Origin: Promethearchaeota archaeon
Lineage (GTDB): Archaea; Asgardarchaeota; Thorarchaeia; Thorarchaeales; Thorarchaeaceae
Direction: 5' to 3'
Length of the DNA: 32,000 bases
NCBI GenBank assembly: GCA_027031765.1
Contig: JALVPN010000040.1
Coordinates: forward strand, 53,265 to 85,264
Of the stretch, positions 18,546 to 26,625 are shown one piece after another. The notes under the pieces are model-generated. The model was not told the origin of the DNA. It saw only the letters and a list, made by a program, of their open reading frames with translations, and searched no databases. Positions within the stretch are counted from its first letter, which is position 1. Each line of letters begins with the position of its first letter. Both the position numbers and the translations under genes were made by a program.

Positions 18546-18713
18546 ACATGCCCCAGCCAGCCGCTATATACTGGGGCTCGCAATCACATTGGTGCACCAA
18601 CATAGACTGTGACCACACCCACATCGAAACAGTGCGCAAGGAGGCTTGTTAGACAACAAGTATAATAAAGCAACACTTGAGTGACCGAGCGCAGATAATG
18701 TGAGGTGTGACCA

Positions 18714-18992
18714 CTGTCAGACACACTAGAGATTAGCAGTGATGAAGCAATTCTGCGCATTGGACGCGCCTTGTCTTCTGGCACACGACTGAGAATCCTC
18801 AGACTCCTCCTACAGGGCGAGAAGGATGTGACCCGGGTGGCCAAGCACCTAGGTGGGACCGAAGCCAATGCCAGCGCTCAGATCAAGATACTTCAAGAAT
18901 CTGGACTGGTTGAGTGCCGATACGAACCAGGACAACACGGGCTCAAGAAGCTCTCACGCACGAAGGTCAGGCGCATCATAATAGAGCTGTGA
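18714..18992 (+). CDS. ArsR/SmtB-family HTH transcriptional regulator, probable CTG start
   Basis: ALSSGTRLRILRLL, VAKHLG, ASAQIKILQESGLV. Frame is open back to TGA at 18708; GAGGTG RBS lies 6 nt before CTG 18714; TATAATAAA at 18661. Confidence 0.85.
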   Translation: MSDTLEISSDEAILRIGRALSSGTRLRILRLLLQGEKDVTRVAKHLGGTEANASAQIKILQESGLVECRYEPGQHGLKKLSRTKVRRIIIEL

Positions 18993-19086
18993 GGACTAGA
19001 CGACCGCACACCACTCCAATCTCAAGTAGTGTTGCACACAACACCATGCAACGGTACAAGTCCCTAGCCCTCATTATGTGGTACAC

Positions 19087-19713
19087 CTACCCTGTGGCTG
19101 AGAGCAGCACTTTCCACCGCTGAATGCGCTTTAGGATGTTCGTCCGCTCTTCCGGTCGGATTGCCTTCAGCCCCCTAGCACGGAGGAACCTGAGCACAAG
19201 ATCCATGTCCCGCGCCACTCGTTCGTTGGGATACTCCGTAGTGATGAGGTATTCCTTGGCGGTCTGCAGGTATTCTGCAAGCAGACTTGCGGGTGCTTCA
19301 CCAGTCCGTATCTCGTGTGCAATTGGGTCAAGGACACGTGCCACGCGTGCACTCGGAGAGGGGGCAGTCTCATGCGACCCCACTGTCACTGACTGGGGAG
19401 CCCCCTGTACTGGTTGCGTGCGCGACGCCGACCCCCGAGAAGAAGACACATGTGCACCTTGGTCTGCTGGCACTTCTCGGGTCTGGCCAGGGGCAGTGGT
19501 AGTGGATGCCACTACTGCATCGGACACTGGAGTGAATGGAGAAACGGGGGTTGTCTGTCCTGAGGGGTGCGGGTTATCACTGCTGTGCTCAGTTGAACAG
19601 TCGGCTTGGCCTAGCAGGTAGCGGAGTTCTCTGAGCTGATCGAACAGCTCGACTAGTGTGGCCTGAATCTCGCCGATGAGTCTGCTGAGTCTGTCATAGT
19701 CCTTTGTGGGCAC
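19087..19713 (-). CDS. Hypothetical protein: N-terminal coiled coil, P/S/T-rich linker, C-terminal helical bundle
   Basis: 208-aa ORF with an amphipathic N-terminal helix, low-complexity middle and helical C-terminus (RVLDPIAHEI...ILKRIQRWK). Confidence 0.75.
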   Translation of the reverse strand: MPTKDYDRLSRLIGEIQATLVELFDQLRELRYLLGQADCSTEHSSDNPHPSGQTTPVSPFTPVSDAVVASTTTAPGQTREVPADQGAHVSSSRGSASRTQPVQGAPQSVTVGSHETAPSPSARVARVLDPIAHEIRTGEAPASLLAEYLQTAKEYLITTEYPNERVARDMDLVLRFLRARGLKAIRPEERTNILKRIQRWKVLLSATG

Positions 19714-19853
19714 ACGGGAGCCCCCATTCCTGACTGTGTCATACCTTGCGGGGCCAATCCAAATATGACTTTTGAGCTCGTCATGGGTGCAGAGGTATGG
19801 AACGGCTAGCTCTGCCCTTCGTGTAGATTGGCAGTACGCGGTCTAGCGACAAC

Positions 19854-19860
19854 TTTAATA
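19854..19860 (+). promoter_or_regulatory. TATA box of tRNA-Asp
   Basis: TTTAATA 27-33 nt upstream of tRNA position 1. Confidence 0.6.
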
Positions 19861-19886
19861 GAATACCGATTGCGGATATCGGACAG

Positions 19887-19994
19887 GCCCCTGTAGTGTA
19901 GCCCGGCCTAGCATTCGAGACTGTCACACTTCGTGGATGGCAGTCCCGGAGGGCCACTCTCGAGACCCGGGTTCAAATCCCGGCGGGGGCGCCA
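19887..19994 (+). tRNA. tRNA-Asp(GUC) with 30-nt intron (19927-19956) and encoded CCA
   Basis: Acceptor GCCCCTG/CGGGGGC, discriminator G plus CCA, D-arm GTGTAGCCCGGCCTAGCAT, anticodon stem CGAGA/TCTCG, CT-GTC-A loop, T-arm CCGGG-TTCAAAT-CCCGG. Confidence 0.93.
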
Positions 19995-20089
19995 TCTCAT
20001 CCAGTTTCCTACAGCAGGAAGTCCTCCTCTCTTCAAGGGCTCAGGGTTATGGGGATGACAAGTGCCAGAAACAATTGACTGGCAGTGCA

Positions 20090-21406
20090 TCACATATGTA
20101 TCAGTGCAGACTCTGGGACTTCCCTGAAGATGCTTCTTGCCGCACGGCCGACCTGTAGTCGGTACTGCGGGGTCGTATATACCCGAATCACATCAAAGTA
20201 CCCACGCATCACATCGCCAATCTTTGAGAACTCGGAGAGGTAGTGCGAAACCTTCTGCCCCTCAATCATCTCGAAGATATTGACTTCCATGGGTTTCTCT
20301 TGGAGGGGGTTATATGGGACAGATGGTAGTGATGGCACATCGACAATTACTGCTTCAACCGGTACATCAGCCCGTGTTGCAATCTCTTCCTGTATGCTCT
20401 CGCACACCTTTTTCTTGGTCAAGAGTTTGGAAACGAAACGGTCAGGCGTGTGGAGGATTTTCTCAAATGCCGACTTGTAGAGGACACGACAGTCGAGCAT
20501 CTTCATGAGACGCGATGCCTCCCTTGTGTCCTCCGAATCTTGAGGGTCAAGACGCCGAATCTGTGAAATCATAGACACATCATCAAGGGCGAGAAACTCG
20601 TCCGGTGAGGAGAAGCGTGTCAGCCCGAGCGGCTCATCCGCTGCTGACATCAGCTGGACCAGCATGACCTCAACACTGCGGACGGTCTTGTGGAAATAGA
20701 CGTTCATGAACATCTCGTATCTTGCCACAAGGAACGCCTCAAGTGCGCCTCTCGCAGCCAAGGCAAACTCTAGGACGAGTTCGTCGGACACCTCCAAGCT
20801 GTCAATCAGGCGATGGAAGTCAACAAGACCATAACTTACGCCGCAATAGAAAGAGTCCCTAATGAGGTAGTCCAGTTTGTCTGCATCGACCTGTCCAGCA
20901 ACCAAGCTCCCGAGTACGAGGTCTACACGATCTTTCAATGTCCCACGCACCAGGCGGGCAATGCGTTCTTTTGAATACCCATTGTCGTCGAGTATATCCC
21001 CAATCCGACTCTTCTTTATAACCCACTCCGTGACGTCCTCATGGTTCATCCCACGGTGTTCCAGCAGAACCTCTTCGAACACATGGCTGAACGGTCCGTG
21101 CCCTATGTCATGTAGAAGAGCAGCAAGCCGCAGCTCGTCGAGGCGGTCAGAGTCTAGATCCAACTGTTCCAGTATTCTTCGACCCAACAAACTTGCAATG
21201 AACATGGTGCCGAGCGAGTGGCCAAACCGTGTATGCTCTGCAGTAGGATATACGAAGTGCCCACCAGAGAGCTGTTTGATTCGGCGCAGTCGTTGAAAGG
21301 CGTGAGTGTCAATTATCTTCTGCTCGGTCTTCGACAACCTGATGAACCCATGTATCGGGTCATTGACCTCCATCTCGAATGTCAACGTCTTAGCCTCGGC
21401 AATCAT
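20090..21406 (-). CDS. HD-domain phosphohydrolase (dNTP triphosphohydrolase-like, COG1078)
   Basis: DPIHG, QRLRRIKQL, YPTAEHTRFGHSLG, LLHDIGHGPFSH, DADKLDYLIRDS, VYFHKTVR. Confidence 0.92.
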   Translation of the reverse strand: MIAEAKTLTFEMEVNDPIHGFIRLSKTEQKIIDTHAFQRLRRIKQLSGGHFVYPTAEHTRFGHSLGTMFIASLLGRRILEQLDLDSDRLDELRLAALLHDIGHGPFSHVFEEVLLEHRGMNHEDVTEWVIKKSRIGDILDDNGYSKERIARLVRGTLKDRVDLVLGSLVAGQVDADKLDYLIRDSFYCGVSYGLVDFHRLIDSLEVSDELVLEFALAARGALEAFLVARYEMFMNVYFHKTVRSVEVMLVQLMSAADEPLGLTRFSSPDEFLALDDVSMISQIRRLDPQDSEDTREASRLMKMLDCRVLYKSAFEKILHTPDRFVSKLLTKKKVCESIQEEIATRADVPVEAVIVDVPSLPSVPYNPLQEKPMEVNIFEMIEGQKVSHYLSEFSKIGDVMRGYFDVIRVYTTPQYRLQVGRAARSIFREVPESALIHM

Positions 21407-22146
21407 ACGTCGGGTTCAAACAGTCGGAGCCTTTTCACAAGCTCCTCGACCGTTGGAACCTGTGATATACACAGCGGGAGGTGCATGCCATCCGCGATGC
21501 GAACGGCCAGCGGATCCAGTTCTTTGACCCCCTGTAGAATGACAACAGCAGGCTTCACCGCCGGCGAGGTGCCAATTTGACTTGCTTTTATTGCCACCAT
21601 TGGAGAACGCCCCGTTGAAACGTTGGTGAGGACTGCAGCTCTCTGGGTAGTGCCACCGTAGAGCCTGAGCAGCTGGTGGGGTGTGAGGCTCACAATTGCA
21701 CTTACGCTGTCCAGTGCAGTATATCCGTATACGTCACGTCCCAGCAGCGCACCATGTGTGAGCACTTTGCAGTCTAGGAACTGTACCAGCTGGCGGGCCG
21801 GGACTGGCACCCCAAACTCACGGCTGTCAAGGATGGCATCTGATGCAATCTCAGGCGAGATTAGTTTCTCAAGGGCCAGTGCAATACGCCCACCGTTTGC
21901 GGCATCCATTTCAAGCAGACCATCAACAAACCTCTTGATTGTGTCAACACGAGGGGACTTCCTGCGTCCGCTCTCATAGTCACTTATGACGGACGGGGAC
22001 ACACCCAGATAGTCTGCAAGTGCTTTCTGTGACACTTGGAAGCGTTCGCGCCACTGACGCATGACTGAGCCCGGATCGTTCTCAGCGAGACATATCTCGC
22101 CAGCAATCGTTTCGGCAAGCCGTTGCAGTGACTCCCGACGGCTCAT
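21403..22146 (-). CDS. XRE/Cro-type HTH transcriptional regulator (COG1709-like)
   Basis: IAGEI..DPGSVMRQWRERFQVSQKALADYLGVSPSVISDYESGRRKSP, NVSTGRSPMVAIK. Start moved to ATG 22146; stop overlaps the HD gene start. Confidence 0.88.
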   Translation of the reverse strand: MSRRESLQRLAETIAGEICLAENDPGSVMRQWRERFQVSQKALADYLGVSPSVISDYESGRRKSPRVDTIKRFVDGLLEMDAANGGRIALALEKLISPEIASDAILDSREFGVPVPARQLVQFLDCKVLTHGALLGRDVYGYTALDSVSAIVSLTPHQLLRLYGGTTQRAAVLTNVSTGRSPMVAIKASQIGTSPAVKPAVVILQGVKELDPLAVRIADGMHLPLCISQVPTVEELVKRLRLFEPDV

Positions 22147-22460
22147 GAGCACAACAGTAGTCACAGGGCTGATAAGAGTTGTGTAGCACAGTGGAGAAAC
22201 GGGCAGACGATGAACACTTGCGTGCCAGCCCACCAGTCCAACAGTCCCGCGTATGACAACACTTGGCGGTGAGGACTGTTGTTCTCCCCCTCGGCACCTG
22301 CGCCGCAGAGGGGGACGTGTGGCCAATCATGACCACATAGATGGGGCAAAGAACCTCTCGGACAGCCCGGACAGGTCACCGGGCAACATCCATTATCACC
22401 ACATGGATGAATCGAAGGACTCAAAGATGTCCACCGGTACTCTGGAAGAGAGGACAGGCC

Positions 22461-23231
22461 ATGTTCTTTGCGTTCTTGGTGGGAACTGCGGGTTCTGGAA
22501 AGTCACACCTCACGGCTGCCCTTGAGAAGTGGCTTGTAGCAGCTGACCTGAGCGTCACGGTTGTGAACCTCGACCCGGGCGTGGAAGACCCCCCATATAC
22601 CAGTGATGTTGACATCCGGGAGTACGTTGACTATGGAGAGATAATGAAGAAGCTCGGTCTTGGGCCTAATGGGGCACTGGTCGCGTCACTGGACTTGGCG
22701 CTGGGACACATCGAGCAGATTCGTGAGGAGGTTCTTGAAACAGGTCGGGACTACGTACTGGTCGACTGCCCGGGCCAGATGGAACTCTTTGCCTATCGGA
22801 ACTCGGGCCCGCTCATGGTATCTGGGCTGAGGGGGACTGACAACGCACTGTCGCTGTATCTAGTGGACTCCAATATTGCAAGGACGCCAGCCGGATACCT
22901 TTCGTCTCTTCTACTCGGGGTCTCAATCAACATCCGGTTTGGCCTGGCCCAATTGAACGTACTGAGCAAGCCAGATATCCTCATGGAAAGAGAACGTGAG
23001 AGTATCCTCACATGGTCTTCCGACCCATATACGCTACAGGAGGCCCTTGAGGCGTCATCGGAGGGGCTAGTCCGAGAGTATTCCAGATCCATACTGATAA
23101 TGCTTGAGGAACTCGGTGGGGCAACAGAGGTAATCCCCGTTTCTGCAAAGCACATGACGGGAATAGACACACTCTATGCATTCATGCAGCGCGTCTTTGC
23201 AGGTGGCGAAGACTACCTAACATACGAATAG
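22461..23231 (+). CDS. GPN-loop GTPase
   Basis: GTAGSGKS, NLDPG, GLGPNGA, DCPGQME, SKPD. Start moved to ATG 22461. Confidence 0.93.
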   Translation: MFFAFLVGTAGSGKSHLTAALEKWLVAADLSVTVVNLDPGVEDPPYTSDVDIREYVDYGEIMKKLGLGPNGALVASLDLALGHIEQIREEVLETGRDYVLVDCPGQMELFAYRNSGPLMVSGLRGTDNALSLYLVDSNIARTPAGYLSSLLLGVSINIRFGLAQLNVLSKPDILMERERESILTWSSDPYTLQEALEASSEGLVREYSRSILIMLEELGGATEVIPVSAKHMTGIDTLYAFMQRVFAGGEDYLTYE

Positions 23232-23245
23232 TAGGAGGGCGTAGA

Positions 23246-24274
23246 CTGCGGGACTATTTTGCCTATGTTTCAGGCGAACACGTAGACCTTGCCAAGGCAG
23301 AAATCGAGTCGCTCCTCAAGCTATGGGACGACTGTACCGTGCAATGGTCAGGTAGACTCGCTGTAATCCGGGCAGCAAGAGACCCTTCAGATTATCTACT
23401 TGGAAGGGCAGCGTTGCTGAAAGAGGCGGGCACGATTGTCCACCGGGGATACACGGATCAGGACAACGGCCTTGACATTTCAGATGACATACTATGCTCA
23501 TGGATCCGTAGTGACAGCAAGTTCCACATCCGCACCCTCCATCTGCCGACATCCACATGTCCGTACGAGCCACAGGTGCTCATCAGGCAACTTGGGAGGA
23601 TGGTGCAACACGTGTCCGGGGCGGAGGTCTCATTTGACTATGAGAGCACAAGGTTGCTGCTCGTATTCCACGAGTCTCAAGTCTTGCTGTGCCGCTCGAA
23701 GCGGTCAGACCTGCGACATGTTCTCATGGTTAAGACACCCAGGCGCAGGAAGTTCTTTCACCCGTCGATGATGAACTCAGTTCTTGCACGTGTGATGTGC
23801 AACCTTGCCCGCATCCGTCCGGGTGTGCGTGTTCTTGACCCGTTCTGTGGGGCTGGTGGAATACTCTGTGAGGCCGCATCTATTGGAGCAGTGCCCATTG
23901 GCATTGACCTCAACTGGAGGCTACTCAGAGGCGCCCAGGCAAACCTTGCAGACATAGGCAGCACAGGGCTCCTGATAAAAGGGGATGCACAGCATATCCC
24001 ATTGACTCTGGGCGCCTGTGATGCGGTTGTCACTGACCCCCCATATGGCAAGGTGAGCTCAACACGGGGGTCTAAATCCAGAAACCTTGTATGGGCAATG
24101 CTCAGTCAGACGCAGGACATCCTCTCTGACCACGGCACCATTTGCATCTGTGGGAACAAGCCGATGGGGCTTCCCACCCTCGTGGAGAGAGCCGGGCTGC
24201 ACATTTGTCGAGTTGTTGAAGTACCGGTACACAAGCAGCTCACACGCATACTTGTTGTTGCAACATGCGCATAG
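23246..24274 (+). CDS. trm11: tRNA (guanine(10)-N2)-methyltransferase Trm11/TrmG10, probable CTG start
   Basis: RKFFHPSMM, LDPFCGAGG, VVTDPPYG. The N-terminal YVSGEHVDLAKAEIESLL lies upstream of the track start; AGGAGG RBS 7 nt before CTG 23246. Confidence 0.85.
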   Translation: MRDYFAYVSGEHVDLAKAEIESLLKLWDDCTVQWSGRLAVIRAARDPSDYLLGRAALLKEAGTIVHRGYTDQDNGLDISDDILCSWIRSDSKFHIRTLHLPTSTCPYEPQVLIRQLGRMVQHVSGAEVSFDYESTRLLLVFHESQVLLCRSKRSDLRHVLMVKTPRRRKFFHPSMMNSVLARVMCNLARIRPGVRVLDPFCGAGGILCEAASIGAVPIGIDLNWRLLRGAQANLADIGSTGLLIKGDAQHIPLTLGACDAVVTDPPYGKVSSTRGSKSRNLVWAMLSQTQDILSDHGTICICGNKPMGLPTLVERAGLHICRVVEVPVHKQLTRILVVATCA

Positions 24275-24313
24275 TGGGACACCATTGCCAGTGGCGGGTA
24301 TGTCGCACTGACA

Positions 24314-24727
24314 TTAGAACTGCCCAACAATGCGACCATCTCTTGTCGGGGGCGTGAACCACCTGATGAACTCTTGGAACTCACCTGTCCCATCGAAGTA
24401 TAGCGTGACAGTGATTGCCCCCAGTGGGGGGTGGACATCATCGTGTACCAGCCTGAGTTTCCCCATATAGGCAGCCTGTTTGTCAAGAACCAGAGTAGCC
24501 GATACTCCATCCCAGCCAGACTCAAGCACAACTCTTGTTGCATCAATTGTACGTGAGTCGTGTATCATTTGCCGGAGCCACGATACTGGAGAGCGACCAC
24601 TGGACTCTGCACTAATCTCTTCTTGCGTTGTTGCGGGGTCTATATTGGGAAAAATATTCAGCACTGCTTCGCGCACACGGGCAGGGTCTTCAGTGGGTCT
24701 CACGGGGCACCGGATTTCCACCCGCAT
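24314..24727 (-). CDS. UPF0201 family predicted RNA-binding protein (COG1931)
   Basis: RVEIRCPVRPTEDPARVREAVLNIFP, LDKQAAYMG, PLGAITV, FIRWFTPPT. Start moved to ATG 24727. Confidence 0.88.
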   Translation of the reverse strand: MRVEIRCPVRPTEDPARVREAVLNIFPNIDPATTQEEISAESSGRSPVSWLRQMIHDSRTIDATRVVLESGWDGVSATLVLDKQAAYMGKLRLVHDDVHPPLGAITVTLYFDGTGEFQEFIRWFTPPTRDGRIVGQF

Positions 24728-25268
24728 CTGCAATGAACCTCCTCGCAATCTCTTCTGCCACCTGACGGAGCTCCTCAACGGATCCTTCATTGACAATCAT
24801 TATGTCACTCATTGCAATTACACCACCCAGCCCTACGGAGATCTCACGTAGGTCGCGCTCACGGAACTCGTCCCAACTCCGTGGAGCATCCTCTCGTCCC
24901 CGGGCCACCAGCCGTGCAAAACGTGTCCTGGGTGAAGAGTGCACACTCACAGTTGTGACCGCGTCTGCGTATCTGTCAAACACCTCAACCTCGACGATGC
25001 TGCGACAGCCCTCAATCACGACAAGGGGCGCATCCGCCTTCTTGAGCTCCTTGATACACTGTTCTGCAACTGCTCCAGGCCCATGCTCATCTCTGAGCTC
25101 AAGCATTATCTTGCGTGTGTTTGCAGGATTGGGGCTGAGCCCGCGACGGGTGGCCTCCCGTCGTATCACATCGCCCATGACAACAATGGGCACACCATGA
25201 TTGCCAAACACGGTTGCGAGTTCTGTCTTTCCGGCGCCAGGCATGCCTGAAACAATCACAAGCTTCAC
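24690..25268 (-). CDS. UPF0200 / CoaE-like P-loop nucleotide kinase
   Basis: VIVSGMPGAGKT, MGDVIR, VVIEGCRS, RFARLVARGREDAP, FRERDLRE. GTG start at 25268; typical neighbour of UPF0201. Confidence 0.85.
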   Translation of the reverse strand: MKLVIVSGMPGAGKTELATVFGNHGVPIVVMGDVIRREATRRGLSPNPANTRKIMLELRDEHGPGAVAEQCIKELKKADAPLVVIEGCRSIVEVEVFDRYADAVTTVSVHSSPRTRFARLVARGREDAPRSWDEFRERDLREISVGLGGVIAMSDIMIVNEGSVEELRQVAEEIARRFIADAGGNPVPRETH

Positions 25269-25497
25269 GAAATCGCCCCGGTGAGTGGTTCTCCTGAGCG
25301 TTGATAGCTGATGTTCTTTGTGTTTTGCGGTCTGACTGCACCCAACTCCCTGTGGGAACATTGGTCTTCGAGTTGTGTGGCAGGGCCAGCACCCCGGTCG
25401 GATTATTATGTTTCGAATCCCCTCGGAAACGGCAGCGTGGGACGCACCCCATTGGAACACATCATTTATTCGGAGGAAGTGAGATGGTGGACGCAAG

Positions 25498-26058
25498 TTG
25501 AAGACGGTCAGGGCATTTCTCAGCGTCGACATAAAGGACAGGCCGCTCGTGGTGCATATAACACACATCCAGCAACAGCTGGACACCACCTCAGCAAGCA
25601 TGAAACTGGTCGAGCCGGAGAACCTGCACTTTACATGGAGGTTTTTTGGAGAGACAGCCATCACGAAGATTGACCAGATGCGCCAGACGCTTCAAAATCT
25701 TGTATTCTCAGCGTTCACGATAGAAGTGGGGGGAGTGTCTGCATTCCCAAGCCCCTCACGCCCCCGGGTGGTCTGGGTGGGGGTGAAACACAACAACGAC
25801 ATGATGGTCAGGCTCAAACAACAGACGGACAGTCTGCTCGCCCGACTCGGCATCCCGCCGGAGAAACGGTTCGTCCCACATGCAACAATCGCAAGAATTC
25901 GACGCATTCATGACAGTCGTGCCCTTGGCGAGAACATTGGAGCACTGAGGGATGTTACCGTAGGCACTATGACTGTCGACGCAATCACCATGAAACAGAG
26001 TACACTGACACCATCGGGCCCGATATACAAGACACTGTGGGAAATACGTGCGAGGTAG
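25498..26058 (+). CDS. thpR: RNA 2',3'-cyclic phosphodiesterase (2H family, LigT/ThpR)
   Basis: RAFLSVDI, two HxT motifs (NLHFT, PHATIAR), PRVVWVGV. Confidence 0.93.
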   Translation: MKTVRAFLSVDIKDRPLVVHITHIQQQLDTTSASMKLVEPENLHFTWRFFGETAITKIDQMRQTLQNLVFSAFTIEVGGVSAFPSPSRPRVVWVGVKHNNDMMVRLKQQTDSLLARLGIPPEKRFVPHATIARIRRIHDSRALGENIGALRDVTVGTMTVDAITMKQSTLTPSGPIYKTLWEIRAR

Positions 26059-26069
26059 GTGGTGGGCCG

Positions 26070-26245
26070 GGGGAGACTTGTCCCGTCGGGGGAGCCCCAA
26101 CGACGTTTGAACTCCCGATCTCTTGCATTCTGTTGCTGGAGGGCCTTTGCCCCAGCCACCCCAAGCAAGCATCATACCAAGCTAGACTACCGACCCATCT
26201 ACCTTGCACGGTGGCAGCCCATGCTTTCATGGGGCCTAGTCTAAG
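26070..26245 (-). ncRNA. Candidate structured ncRNA (about 175 nt), family unknown
   Basis: Three nested helical domains foldable on the minus strand, two AAAG tetraloop hairpins, and a TTTATTTT box at 26259-26266. Confidence 0.4.
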
Positions 26246-26492
26246 GACGGACGCACCCAAAATAAAGCTTGCCAAAGAGTAGAAGGAGGAGCCCAAGGGG
26301 GAGGGAGGGGCGTTGGTGTTGGAGGAGGAGCAGAACCAAGCGCCACCACTCTCATTTACGGACAACAGCAGGTCGTGTCTGCTGATGCAACCTGCAACAC
26401 TGCCTACGGAAACACTGTTGCAATGGCGTGCCACGCATGGAGCATGCACCTCACGACGCACAGTGGTAGGACTGGGCTCTCGGCTTGTGGCG

Positions 26493-26500
26493 TTTAAATA
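26493..26500 (+). promoter_or_regulatory. TATA box candidate for the roadblock-DENN-GTPase operon
   Basis: TTTAAATA about 125 nt upstream of TTG 26626. Confidence 0.5.
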
Positions 26501-26625
26501 GCCCCTTCACGACTCCATTCCGATTGGAATGTCTAAAGGCAGACCTAGGGCTGGCAGTGCAGTCCGGGCGCACTGTGTGCACGAGTGGCACAGGGCCACA
26601 CGAACGAGATGTGGGAGATGATGTA

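Noticed and set aside
18360-18605. 81-aa plus-strand ORF between DUF460 and ArsR
   Set aside because: No family features, and it overlaps the candidate RNA/operator region.
19887-20090. tRNA as integration site of a mobile element
   Set aside because: No integrase nearby and no duplicated tRNA 3' end seen in the window.
25985-26461. 158-aa minus-strand ORF and 62-81-aa plus-strand ORFs in the thpR-roadblock gap
   Set aside because: No recognisable motifs or RBS, overlap with thpR, and composition better explained by structured or low-complexity non-coding DNA.
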